Source of the DNA: Calditrichia bacterium
GTDB taxonomy: Bacteria > Calditrichota > Calditrichia > JAJRVZ01
Length of the DNA: 64,000 bases
Reading direction: 5' to 3'
Assembly: GCA_963796965.1 (NCBI GenBank)
Contig: CAWCNS010000009.1
Location: 1-64,000, forward strand
The position numbers and the translations under genes are program-made. This document shows positions 10,785 to 21,408 of this stretch, piece after piece. Position 1 is the stretch's first letter. Each line of letters starts with the position of its first letter. Below the pieces are notes generated by a model. That model did not search any database and was not told where the DNA came from. It saw nothing but the letters and a program-made list of their open reading frames with translations.

Positions 10785-12119
10785 TTATGTAATACCTATT
10801 GTATTGATGAGTAAAGTCGCCAATCCTAAAAAACTAAAGAAACCGACAACATCTGTAACCGTTGTTAAAATTATTGAAGATGATTGAGCCGGGTCCTGGC
10901 CAAGAACTTTTAAAATAATTGGTATAACCGCACCTGATAATCCGGCAATAACCATGGAAATAATCATTGAAGATCCTATAATGGCTGCCAATGGCAGAGA
11001 GGATTCCCAAAAATAAACTATAAGCGATGTAGTTAAAGCAACCGCACAACCGTTAATAAAACCGACGGCCGTTTCTTTTCTAGCAACCCGAAACCATTGT
11101 CTGGGACGGAATTCTCGCAATGCTAAACCACGCATGGTAACAGCCAGGGCTTGCGAACCTGTATTTCCTGATTGTCCCGCCACAACCGGAAGGAAGACAG
11201 CAAGGACAGTAATTTTGGCAATTGTCTCCTCAAATAATCCGACGACTGATGCTGCCAGGAAGGCTGTGGCAAGATTAATTTCCAACCACGGTAATCTCTT
11301 ACGGACAGCATAAGACACCTTTGACAGGGCTCGTTCTTCCTTTCCTGCCCCAAACATGGCTTGCAGATCTTCACTGGCATCTGATTTGGCTGCTGTGACC
11401 AGCGCATCATTACGAATGGTACCTAGCAAGATACCATCCAAATCAATCACAGGTAAATTTAATAATTTTCGATCCTCAATTATTTGAACGATATCTTCTT
11501 TAGGAGCCAGGGCATTGATAGCCACAGGTTCCACATGTATTAAATCACCTAAGCTAACCTTAGGCGAAGCAACAGTGAAATCCTGTAAACTTATCACACC
11601 GAGGAGATAGCCATCATCCTTTATAATGTGAATACCAACTATACGGCGGTTCTTTATTTTGCGAATTGTCTTAAGAGCCTCCTTTACAGTCTGGTCCGGA
11701 AAAAATACATGAACACGGGTATCCATCAGGTATCCGGCAGAATCTACCGGATAAGCCATAAATTCCCTGATTTCCTTCTCAAGCGGAGCGGATAATAAGC
11801 GCAATCGTTTATTAAGAAGATCACCCTCAAGACGGGAAAGCAGCCGCACTGATAATCCAGGGTCAAGGATTTCAAAAATATTTTTAAATATTTCTTCATC
11901 CATCTTCTCGATTAACCTGGATGCAAGATCAGGATTTATAAGTGCGTAGATTTTTGAACTGAGAGTCGTTGGCAGTGAAATTAAATAATTTAATACATCA
12001 TCTTCTCCGAATGAATTTAATAACTTTGCTGCCTCAGTTGGATAGAGGCTAAAATAGCCATCTATCAAAATTTTATTTGTGGGTACTGATTGTATAGTCA
12101 TAGGCCTGATTCCAATCAT
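10785..12119 (-). CDS. mgtE: Magnesium transporter MgtE
   Basis: YPVDSAGYLM plus CBS pair, RKRLPWL, LPVVAGQSGNTGSQ, DPAQSSSIILTTVTDVVG. Confidence 0.92.
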   Translation of the reverse strand: MIGIRPMTIQSVPTNKILIDGYFSLYPTEAAKLLNSFGEDDVLNYLISLPTTLSSKIYALINPDLASRLIEKMDEEIFKNIFEILDPGLSVRLLSRLEGDLLNKRLRLLSAPLEKEIREFMAYPVDSAGYLMDTRVHVFFPDQTVKEALKTIRKIKNRRIVGIHIIKDDGYLLGVISLQDFTVASPKVSLGDLIHVEPVAINALAPKEDIVQIIEDRKLLNLPVIDLDGILLGTIRNDALVTAAKSDASEDLQAMFGAGKEERALSKVSYAVRKRLPWLEINLATAFLAASVVGLFEETIAKITVLAVFLPVVAGQSGNTGSQALAVTMRGLALREFRPRQWFRVARKETAVGFINGCAVALTTSLIVYFWESSLPLAAIIGSSMIISMVIAGLSGAVIPIILKVLGQDPAQSSSIILTTVTDVVGFFSFLGLATLLINTIGIT

Positions 12120-12141
12120 TTTATTTTGATGATTTTAACTA

Positions 12142-12978
12142 TTATTTGCTCTGCCCACTATAAATATCCGATGCACTCTTGATCAGACTGGAAATACCAA
12201 GACGATAAAGTTCTCCTAAAGCAGTACTTGCAGCGAGCAAATTATTGGGTGAACGACTCTTACTAGAATTTTCTTCAAGGTCACGCAGCCTTTTATGTTT
12301 AAGAATTCCCTGTAAAACATTACCATCATCCACAACCGGCAGTACTTGAAATTGGAGCCATCCAGAATGCGAGAGGATTAATCTAAAATGTACTTTATCT
12401 CTTATCTTAATAACCGATTTTTGCATTACAGCAGCGAGTGTTTGACTTGGATTTGAACGTATAAGTTCATTTAAAGATAAAACCCCGGTAAGACTATGAT
12501 CTCTGCTTAAAATATATATATAATTTAGATCATTCGATTTTTGTTTTTTCAAGTATTTTATTGCTTTCATAACAGACATGTCTTCATATAAAACAAAGGT
12601 AACCTGCTCCATAATGGTTCCAACTGAACCTTCAGGATAAGACAACGATCTATTTAAATACGACCCTTTTTCCTCTGGCAGAGTCGAGATGATTTGTTCA
12701 CTGATATCACGGGGTATGTGTCTTAAGAGCATTGAGCCTCTTTGTAGAGGAAGATTATCAATAATTCCGGTAGTTTTTTGAATATTTAAATTATTCAGGC
12801 AAGTTACCGATGTGAAAATATTGAGATAGGTTATTAGTGTAGCAGCGAGATTATCAGGTATTGAGTTTAAAAATTCGACAATGTCCTCAGTTTTTAAATT
12901 CTCAACTATGCGAGCAGCATCTAATGGATGGTTTGTCAAAAAATGTTCTATAATTGTTTCATCTTTTGCTAATTCCAT
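12142..12978 (-). CDS. MgtE N-terminal + CBS domain protein without transmembrane domain
   Basis: HPLDAARIVE repeats, YPEGSVGTIM, CBS pair (YIYIL..GVLSL..LPVVD). ATG at 12978 lies just after the upstream stop. Confidence 0.85.
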   Translation of the reverse strand: MELAKDETIIEHFLTNHPLDAARIVENLKTEDIVEFLNSIPDNLAATLITYLNIFTSVTCLNNLNIQKTTGIIDNLPLQRGSMLLRHIPRDISEQIISTLPEEKGSYLNRSLSYPEGSVGTIMEQVTFVLYEDMSVMKAIKYLKKQKSNDLNYIYILSRDHSLTGVLSLNELIRSNPSQTLAAVMQKSVIKIRDKVHFRLILSHSGWLQFQVLPVVDDGNVLQGILKHKRLRDLEENSSKSRSPNNLLAASTALGELYRLGISSLIKSASDIYSGQSK

Positions 12979-12979
12979 A

Positions 12980-13804
12980 TTATACATCCTTTGTTATTAA
13001 GATGGAACTCTCCTCACTAAACTTTTTGGCGGGAATAGTGACTTGTCCCAGATCAGATTCAATAATAAGCGATGTAGCGGTAAATTCTAAGATCTGGCCC
13101 TTAGTATCATTAATTTTAATGGTCTCCCCTACTTTATATCTGCTCTGAAGATAATAGCAGGCAAGAATATTGCTGATAGAAGTTTTCGCCCCAATGCCAA
13201 AAGCTAATGCAGCTCCAAAAAGAACTGCCGCTAAAACAATATTGATAATACTTGTAAGTATAGCTAAGTCGACCCCTATTTGTGCTATAGCAACCAGAAT
13301 TGAAATTATAAGGACGACATAATAGGCAAACTGCCCAAAAACCTCACCAATCGCAGCGCCTGTTTTAGTAATGGCTGTTGTAATAATATCGCGTAATAAT
13401 CTTCCACCAATTACCCCGGTAAATACAAGCAGAGCAGCTAATAATATATTTGGTAAATAGGTAGCAAGCCCTCCAAGCCAGTTGGTTATAATAGGAAGGC
13501 CCAAAACTTCAGTGGAGGCCGTAAGAAAAAAAATAATGATGATCCAATAAAGCAAATTCGAAACTAATTTTGTTGCAGGATCCGTACTGATTTGTTTCAG
13601 CTTTTTTTGTATGTTTTTGTTTGGGATTAATCTTTCCATCCGGCCAATAAATCTGTTGATTAACGATTTGATTATCCTGGCGAATAGATAACCAATAAAA
13701 AAGATAATCATTGCCATCACAAATTTTGGAAGATAAGTCGAAATCATGCCTCCAAACTCGCTAAGCATTTTATTAAAATCAAAAAAAATCGTGTCATTAT
13801 TCAT
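12980..13804 (-). CDS. CmpX-like / MscS-family TM-helix-repeat protein
   Basis: Repeated YLPKF/YLPNIL TM-helix units, LAFGIGAK..SNILA..YKVGETIKI MscS beta domain. Confidence 0.85.
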   Translation of the reverse strand: MNNDTIFFDFNKMLSEFGGMISTYLPKFVMAMIIFFIGYLFARIIKSLINRFIGRMERLIPNKNIQKKLKQISTDPATKLVSNLLYWIIIIFFLTASTEVLGLPIITNWLGGLATYLPNILLAALLVFTGVIGGRLLRDIITTAITKTGAAIGEVFGQFAYYVVLIISILVAIAQIGVDLAILTSIINIVLAAVLFGAALAFGIGAKTSISNILACYYLQSRYKVGETIKINDTKGQILEFTATSLIIESDLGQVTIPAKKFSEESSILITKDV

Positions 13805-13877
13805 GATTATATCCCCTTAAATTCTCATTTCCAATTTTATTACTAAACTGTGACCTCAAATTCATACATAAATTTCT

Positions 13878-13892
13878 ATAAGTAAAGTGCCA
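13878..13892 (-). promoter_or_regulatory. Possible internal sigma54-like promoter
   Basis: Minus strand TGGCAC-TTTAC-TTAT, 74 bp before the cmpX-like ATG. The -12 box is weak and no enhancer palindrome was seen. Confidence 0.35.
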
Positions 13893-13937
13893 GAGCCAAA
13901 GTAGCTATTTAATAAAGGTCTGGTGCTATTCTTACAT

Positions 13938-14135
13938 CTATTTAGTTTTCTTAAATTCAAACGGTGCAAATATGCCTATTAAAAGGCCCATTGCAAAAGT
14001 AATTAACAAAAGCAAGGCTCTTGGCATGCTGATATCAAACATCAAAAAGGAAACAGTAATAGTTTCGATATTTTGTAAGGTGAAAATCAAAAATATTAGA
14101 GTAATAATTAAAACTAGAATCATTTTAACCGACAT
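13938..14135 (-). CDS. LapA/DUF1049-family small membrane protein
   Basis: IFTLQNIETITVSFL..MPRALLLLITFAMG. GGAG RBS. Confidence 0.8.
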   Translation of the reverse strand: MSVKMILVLIITLIFLIFTLQNIETITVSFLMFDISMPRALLLLITFAMGLLIGIFAPFEFKKTK

Positions 14136-14167
14136 GATTTCTCCTGTATGTTTTATTTATAAGTTGG

Positions 14168-15242
14168 TTAAAAAATATTTGGATCTATTCCCAGACCCGG
14201 GAGATTATTGGGAAACATAATTCCCTTACGGATTGAAATAGTATTACTGGCAGGATCGTTGATCAGATCCAAATGTCCGTCCAAATCAGCATACATAACA
14301 TTTGGCCTGGCCAGAGCAAAATGCAATCCCGCTGCAATCGATAAAGCAGATTCATCCATACATCCAACCATCACTTCAAGTTTTGCAGATCTTGCTACAG
14401 AATTAATATGGAGTCCCTCAGAAATTCCACCCACTTTCATCAACTTAATATTGACCATATCCACCAATGCCTTGCGGGCAAGCCTAAAGGCGTCACGCAA
14501 GTTCATCAGGCTCTCATCAGCCATCACAGGAATCGGAACCATATTGGTTACCCGACCTAACATATCCGGTTCTCCCCTGGGGGTTGGTTGTTCGATCAGT
14601 TCAAGTTTGGCCTCTTTTGTTTCTTTTACAAATTTATAGAGTCTTCAACTGTATAGCCCTGATTAGCATCAAAGCGTAATTCAATATCTTTACCATGCCC
14701 TGCCCGAACCTTGTTTATCCGTTCAATATCTTCCTGTACATCGATTCCGCCTTTAATCTTTATGCATTTAAATCCTTTTCTGATAAATTCATTAGCTCGT
14801 ATCAACAGTCTCTGGAGTTGGCATGATGCCAACGGTGATACTGGTCTTGATCCTGTCCCGATATCCCCCTAGTAATTTTCCATAGCGGTATATTCGTTGC
14901 TTTTACCTAATATATCAAAAAGAGCCATATCCACTGCGGCAAGAGCGGATGGCTGATCTGGTTTTTTGTTCTTGAGATCCTCCATAATGCGAGTTATGTG
15001 TAAGAGGATCTCTGTCCAAGTAACTTATCCCGTATCAACCCGTCAAGGTTATTACTACAGATTGAGCGGTTTCTCCGGTGACTTCCAGATCAGGCGCAGC
15101 ACAACCAAATCCGATATGCCCTTATTTGTGGCAATCTTAATAAATACATTGACTGTTTTATCAATCGTTTCATAGGCAATTGTATATGGGTTCGGCCAGT
15201 TTCATTTCGACCGGTAAGAATCTCAATATTTACTATTTTCAT
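14168..15242 (-). CDS. Dipeptide epimerase (L-Ala-D/L-Glu epimerase / DgcA-like, enolase superfamily), frameshifted
   Basis: Across frames: [41 protein letters not shown]. Confidence 0.88.
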
Positions 15243-15271
15243 TTCGATTTCCCCATTAAGTTTACTTTTAT

Positions 15272-17626
15272 TTAATACCGTCTTTGATGTATTTCTTCGA
15301 GAGACATATGTCTTTAGATCTTCAACAAAAGTCACAAATGAGCTATCATTATTTGCCACATTCTTTTTCCTTTTTCAGCATTTGCTTTGGTAGGATCGCC
15401 CATGGTTCCGTTTTCCGATATTCTTTTTGTATATGCATACCAGGAGACTCCTCTTTTTGAGGTAAAATTTAAATATCGCTGGAAAATTCCGGGACTGATT
15501 TTTCAGCCAGAGAGAGTCTTAACCAAATCAGGACGTATCGCCAAGGCGGTGCTTGTCTCAAATTCACCGGCATGTACATCATTTGGCGTTTCAACCATCT
15601 GATAAATATCTACATCACTGGTTTCTCCACTATCAACACTGACAAAAATACGGGCATCCCGGTTGATCATCTGAGCAGCAAAATTTAATGAAGGACTGTT
15701 TCCACCATGCCCATTTATAATAACAATTTTTTTGATTCCATTTTTGGCCAAACTCATCCCAATTTCATAAATAAATTTTGACAAGGTATCATTATTAATA
15801 CTGATTGTACCTTTAAATCCATCATGATGATAGGAAACACCATAAGGAACAAGGGTAAAACCAAGAGGACTTGGTTCACTGCACGCGCCTGCCACCTGAT
15901 TAGCCAGATAATCGGCATCAAATGAATCGGTATCCAGAGGTAAATGCGGTCCATGTTGTTCAATGGCCCCGACCGGCAAAATAGCAATATCAACATTTTT
16001 CCAAATATCATTCAGCTTCCGGCCAGGATAAATTTCCCCAAGATAGAAGGTGATTCATCTTTTATCTTTATTATTTCCCTGCCTTATCATTTTTGTTGAC
16101 GTTCAAATGGATAAGGATCTTCAGACCAAGGATTCAGAATTTCTAAATCAATTTCCTCCCATTTAGTTAACTGTCTTTATGGACCACACCATTCAGCATG
16201 TTCCAAAAAATACTAATAATGGTTTTCTTAAATCAATTGGTAATTCTCGAGTGATGATTTCTGAGGATCAATTCGAACTTTTGAATTTCTGCATGTTCTT
16301 TAAATTTAGTTTACTTGAATCGATGATGACCCAGTTTCTCTGAGCATAAAGAGTAATTGCTGATAACCGTGTGGATTCCTGATGAATGCCTTTACTAGGA
16401 AGTGAAGCGAGACAGTTCTTAATTTGTTCTTTCCTCATATCCGCAATTCTCAGGATCTTATACCTATTGCTGTTAGCATACCAATAATTCGACGACATTT
16501 TTCACATTTACCACATGGATAGACACGATCATTCTACAATACTGGTAGCGTGACAGGATACTTGGTTTAATTGTAAACAGGGAAAACGTTCCGCTAATAT
16601 TTTCAAAATTAATAGTTCTGAAAGTGAACGTAGAATTGAAAATTGTGCAACAGACCAACCTTTTGACATAAAATATCGTGATAGTGTATTATCAAAATAA
16701 CGGCTCTGATCATACAATCCATCATAATGTGTGATTCCCTTAAAATTTCGACGAGTGGTTGTATCATACTCATCGCCAATAATCAAGCGACCAATTCCTC
16801 TTTTTTTCAAAACGGTAAAGCGCCAAAGAGAAATACAGCTACTGTCCATAAACGAATGGGATATTCATCAGATCGAATTTTTGAATAGTCTGCGCGAATA
16901 AAAGGGAGGTGACGTAACATCCAGTTAAATACCCGGTCTGAATTTGTCCAGACTCTGTAGTGTATTTGGAATATTTTTTTAAAATATCTGTAGGCATTTA
17001 AGGCCGTATACCAGTGACGTCCTGATTCATTTATAAAAATTGGATGTGCTTCTTTTCCAATCTCATTTAATACTCCATAAGTTAACAGGCTGTCTTTTCC
17101 ACCACTTGATAGTACAGCATGTTTATTATTATGCGTGTGCCAAAGATTCCATGAAGCTTTTTTACTTGATACTTGCTGATACAAATTTAATGATGGCATT
17201 CGTATATTGCGTATACTTTTGGGCGAATTAAATTTTTCACATTATTTTTTAAAAATAGATTCGGCTCAAGAAATTTCTTTACATAAATCTCACGAGAAGT
17301 ATTTTCTATCATATCTTTAATAAATCGCTTATCCTGTTGATCAAATGATCCTTAAAAGATAATTTCATCACAGAACAAGTCCATAATTAAACGCCACCTG
17401 GAGCAGCAATCATATTAGCCAGATTTTGGTCATCCGGTGAGTCTGGTTGGAAAACATTCTCTTCATATTTATAGATTAGTGAAGTTTCATCAACTTTGTT
17501 ATGAGTATACACTTTGTAAGGTACAACGAGACGATTCCGATTTAATCTGGCCGGTCCGATTACCAGTTGTTTGATTACTTTTAATTCGGCAATTGATGTG
17601 TTTTTTACAGTCATCTGAGATATCAT
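15272..17626 (-). CDS. MurL/QueC-like PP-loop domain followed by a creatininase-family domain, probably one fused gene, heavily frameshifted
   Basis: SSGGKDSL (17089-17109), IGDEYDT, FSILRSLSELL, VSCHA, PCGKCEKC (16495-16515). Then LPVGAIEQHGPHLPLDTD, YGVSYHH, INGHGGN, HAGEFETS, MGDPTKA. Confidence 0.7.
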
Positions 17627-17639
17627 TCCTTGAAAATTA

Positions 17640-18739
17640 TCATCTAATTTTTTTTCTATTATTTTTGCTTCTTATTTCTGAAAGTACTAACTGACTTAAT
17701 TCATCCGCATCATTTCTGAGTAAATCAAATACCGGCAATTTTACTTTTTTCTTTATTTTGTCAATTTCTTTTATTATATCTCTTTCACTCAATTTCTCAT
17801 GGTTAAGGGTGATCGCAACAACCGGTTTATCTGAAATTATTTCGATGGCATGTATCTGTTTTTCTAAGGGATGAATCTTATAACCCGGGAAATCCGTCAT
17901 ATTCTTTTCTGGCCGGGGCATGTTGTAATATAATAAGATCAGGCCGTGCCGCTGCCAGTATTTCATAACCACCGGGATAGGCAGGATTTAACAAGCTGCC
18001 TTGCCCTTCAATAACAATAACATCTGGTTTCTTTTCCTTGCCAGGCGTGCCACACAGCATGTTCTATTTCTCCGGAAACAAAATCATTAACTAATGAATC
18101 CAGAATAATTCCATACTGGGCACCTTGCATCCAGGCGGTTTGACCGGTACCTATTAATTCGGTTTTAATGCCTAAATCATTCAAAGCCTTGACCAGAATC
18201 CAGGCGGTTGTTCTCTTTCCCACTGCCGAATCAGTGCCTAGCAGGGCGACTTTAAGTGAATCAACCTTTTCAATTTTACCGGAAAAGAAATGTAAATCTT
18301 TACGATCGGGTGGCCTGCGGATATCTCTCAGCTTGTACATTATGCCAATTGGCCAAATTAACAATATCCTTATCATCTGTTAGAAAATCATGTAATCCAC
18401 TATCAATATTCAAGTTTGCTCTTATTGCTTCCCGTACAGACTTGCTTAACTTCCGGAAGCATTCTTCCACCGTCAGGTGCCAGACCGATGACAAAATAAT
18501 TAGGTTTAATATTCTTCTCTTTGGCTACCTGCATAGCCTGCTTCCAAAGACTTCAGAATAGGAATATTTTTAGTTTTTCCATCGAGTACTTCGCCGGCAT
18601 CATTTCCCATATAATTAGAATCTATAATGGATAATATCGTGTATCGATTTGAAAAGCGGACTAATCCATGCGCGGTTTTACCATTCGGCGTATTAAAGGC
18701 TCCCTCACAGTAAACGATGGCATAATTTTCTAAACTCAT
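17640..18739 (-). CDS. DUF1611-family protein (DgcN-like N-acetyltransferase), frameshifted
   Basis: GKTAHGLVR, ALLGTDSAVGKRTT, GTGQT, DFVSGEIE, IEGQGSLLNP, LQHAPAR. ATGA overlap with the upstream gene. Confidence 0.88.
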
Positions 18740-19832
18740 GATTTTCTCCCGGTTAGGATGGCCACATATCGGTCATTGGGTAGATGGTTGTTTCATATGT
18801 TGTTCAATCAAGGCGATTAATCCTGCCGTTGATGCCGGCAGAACATGTAGACCTTCTTGCTCTCTCATTTTTTTGGAATATGCCATTAAATTCTTATCAC
18901 TTGCATGATGCGCCCATCCATTGGTAATTTTTATGGCTGTTAAAGCCAGATCTCCATCAATCGAATGCCAATTGATTAACGGTTCATTAATTCGGGTTTC
19001 TTTAATCTTTTCAGGCTCCAAATCTTCGCACTTGTTTTTCCCTTTTAAAAAGGCATTTACAATGGGATTTTTATTGTAGGAGGATCCGGCGATTAGTCTT
19101 GGAATTCGTGAGGTTTTCCCCCTTCGGTATAAACTCAGAAATCCTTTATAGATTCCCGCCAATGTGGTACCGTTAGAGACAGGAACAGCAATGGCCGCGG
19201 GCGCATCGCGCAGTTCATCATAAATTTCATAGGCAATTTCTCCGTAGGCACGTAGTTGAATTGCCGTATTCGCTCCACCGGGATTGGCATCATAATATTC
19301 ATTCTTTTCGGCATATTCCTGTGACTGATATACAGCCTTTTCATAATCACCCTTAATATCTATAATTTTTGCCCCTAAGTCTGATCATTTCTGTTTTGCG
19401 TTTTGTTTGGAAATGCTCCGGAATAAAAATATGACACCTGAGCCCTGCAAATGAGGACGCCAGAGCCATAGCAACGCCATAATTTCCACAAGTGGCGATC
19501 GTAATCGTATCAAAACCTCGTCTCACAGCATCCTGGACCTGAGTAAAAGCAATCCGATCTTTTTGTGTACCTGTTGGATTTCCCCCCTCAAACTTTAAAT
19601 AGAGTTGACGGAATCCCGTATTCCGCTCAATGTTTCTGGCTCTGGTTAAATTTGAATCTCCAATTTGTGAATCAATGATATCTTCAAAAGCTTCTAGCCG
19701 TTCCTCAATGGGATTATTCAGATCACATACAATATTCTTCTGGGTTTCTAAATCTGAATTTAATAGAGAATAATCACCCTCTGCATTATCAAGAATGTCT
19801 AACATTTTAATGTTTGTATTATTTTTTTCCAA
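18736..19832 (-). CDS. Threonine synthase-like fold-type II PLP enzyme, frameshifted
   Basis: LYLKFEGGNPTGTQKDR (PLP lysine), TCGNYG, VSNGTTLAG, PASTAGL, VAILTGR. TTG start with GAGG RBS. Confidence 0.85.
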
Positions 19833-19889
19833 TTATTTCCTCTTCTTTAAATATGCTACCAAAACAAGGATTTTATTTTAATTTTAACA

Positions 19890-20831
19890 CTATTTATCCT
19901 CCCCGTTCTCCGCAAACAAGCGCTTTCCAAATGATTTAACTATAAATACGGGACATATGGATCTTCTGATGACTTTTTCTGCAATACTTCCTAATAAAAA
20001 TTGATCTAACCCGCTTGCTCCATGAGTCGTGAGCACAATCAAATCAAAATTATTTTTTCCGGCGTGTCTTAATATTTCGCGCGCCACAGAGCCTACGAGT
20101 ATTTTTATATTAATTTTTGCCTTCGGTTCCGATATCTTGTCCCAAATCCCATTTATCAAACTGAGGGATTTATCTTTTACATTAGGTAAAATATCAATTA
20201 TCGATGATTTGGCGGTTGCATAAAATGCTGGATGTATCCTCTCCTCTATCACATGCAATATTTCCAGATCTGCGTGATAGTCCCGGCAAAACTCATTCGC
20301 ATAATATAAGGCTTCTTGTGAGCGATCTGATAAATCTAGAGGTACCAGAATGCGATTAATTTTGTCTATTGGTTTAGGATTTTTCTGTTCACGTATCGTA
20401 TAAACCGGGCGTTTTGCAAATCTGGTTACTTCTTCAGCGATACTCCCTAAAAATAAATATCCAAGTCCATGTCGCCCGTGAGTACCCATTACAATCATAT
20501 CAATCGCATTTTCATTCGCATACCCTAGTATTATTGCAGAAGGTGCGTAACCTCTTTTTTGAATACTTATAATTCTGGTTGTGCCAATAATATGTTCATT
20601 TATGAGATTATCGCTTCTCTGTGTGGCGTGTTTTTCTAAATTGACATTATACTCCTCAAGATGTGGGAAATCATATTTAGGATCATAGATATCTCCAGCA
20701 TGAATAGTTATAACATGCAGAATATGCAATTCAGCACCATACTTTTTTGCTAAAAACAAAGCATGGGCAAAAGCCTGCTTTGAACAGTTTGAAAAATCCG
20801 TTGGAAATAAAATCTTTTTTATTTTTAACAT
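19890..20831 (-). CDS. Universal stress protein, tandem USP domains
   Basis: ILFPTDFS..VMGTHGRHG..GSIAEEV, then ILVPLDLS..TTHGASG..GSIAEKV. Confidence 0.93.
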   Translation of the reverse strand: MLKIKKILFPTDFSNCSKQAFAHALFLAKKYGAELHILHVITIHAGDIYDPKYDFPHLEEYNVNLEKHATQRSDNLINEHIIGTTRIISIQKRGYAPSAIILGYANENAIDMIVMGTHGRHGLGYLFLGSIAEEVTRFAKRPVYTIREQKNPKPIDKINRILVPLDLSDRSQEALYYANEFCRDYHADLEILHVIEERIHPAFYATAKSSIIDILPNVKDKSLSLINGIWDKISEPKAKINIKILVGSVAREILRHAGKNNFDLIVLTTHGASGLDQFLLGSIAEKVIRRSICPVFIVKSFGKRLFAENGEDK

Positions 20832-20855
20832 TTCCAGATCCCCTGATAATAAAAT

Positions 20856-20917
20856 ACGTGTTATAAGTTTGAATATTTTCTCTCGGGAAAAGTCTTAATT
20901 TTAGACTTATAACACGT
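20856..20917. repeat. Intergenic inverted repeat (stem-loop)
   Basis: ACGTGTTATAAGT (20856-68) and ACTTATAACACGT (20905-17) form perfect 13-bp arms. Confidence 0.75.
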
Positions 20918-20936
20918 TTTGAAAGCGAGAAACGAG

Positions 20937-21342
20937 TTAGATTAGTGGATCCTCAGGTTCATCTGGTTCCCCCTCTTCAAAATCTTCCTCATCCGATTCA
21001 ATGACACTATAGGAAAGAACTTTGAGATATACTAAACCCTCTTCATTTTCTAGAAGATTACATGTAACTTCAACCGCTTCTCCATCTAAATCAAAAAGTC
21101 TGTTTTCCATTAAAATCGTTATCGATAACAAACTCTTCTGTATAAGTAACAACTTTACCCTCATCATTCGTATCTTCAGATTCAACCTCAAGGACAGCAG
21201 CGGTTGCCTTACCGTCATCATCCCATTCAATAACCCTAACCGATCCGGTCATGGTTTCCTGGTCTTGTGCCATTAAGTTTCCTGTTGCTAAACTCAATAG
21301 AACTGACATAAAAACTAGTGCAATAAGTTTAAACCTTTTCAT
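20937..21342 (-). CDS. Secreted, highly acidic hypothetical protein (one frameshift near 21105)
   Basis: AGGAG RBS and signal peptide MKRFKLIALVFMSVLLSLATGNLMA. Continues into LFDLDGEAVEVT..ESDEEDFEEGEPDEPEDPLI. Confidence 0.7.
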
Positions 21343-21368
21343 TCTTGATCTCCTTTTCTTGAATTTTT

Positions 21369-21397
21369 CTTGCCCCTTACCTGAGGCAAGGGGCAAG
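21369..21397. repeat. GC-rich hairpin after hsp20
   Basis: CTTGCCCCTT-N9-AAGGGGCAAG. No U-tract on the minus strand. Confidence 0.65.
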
Positions 21398-21408
21398 GTG
21401 AAAATTTT

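Noticed and set aside
14168..19832. Programmed frameshifting or stop-codon recoding as the cause of broken ORFs
   Set aside because: Breaks are numerous frame changes with no shared slippery motif, and genes elsewhere end normally at TAA, TGA and TAG.
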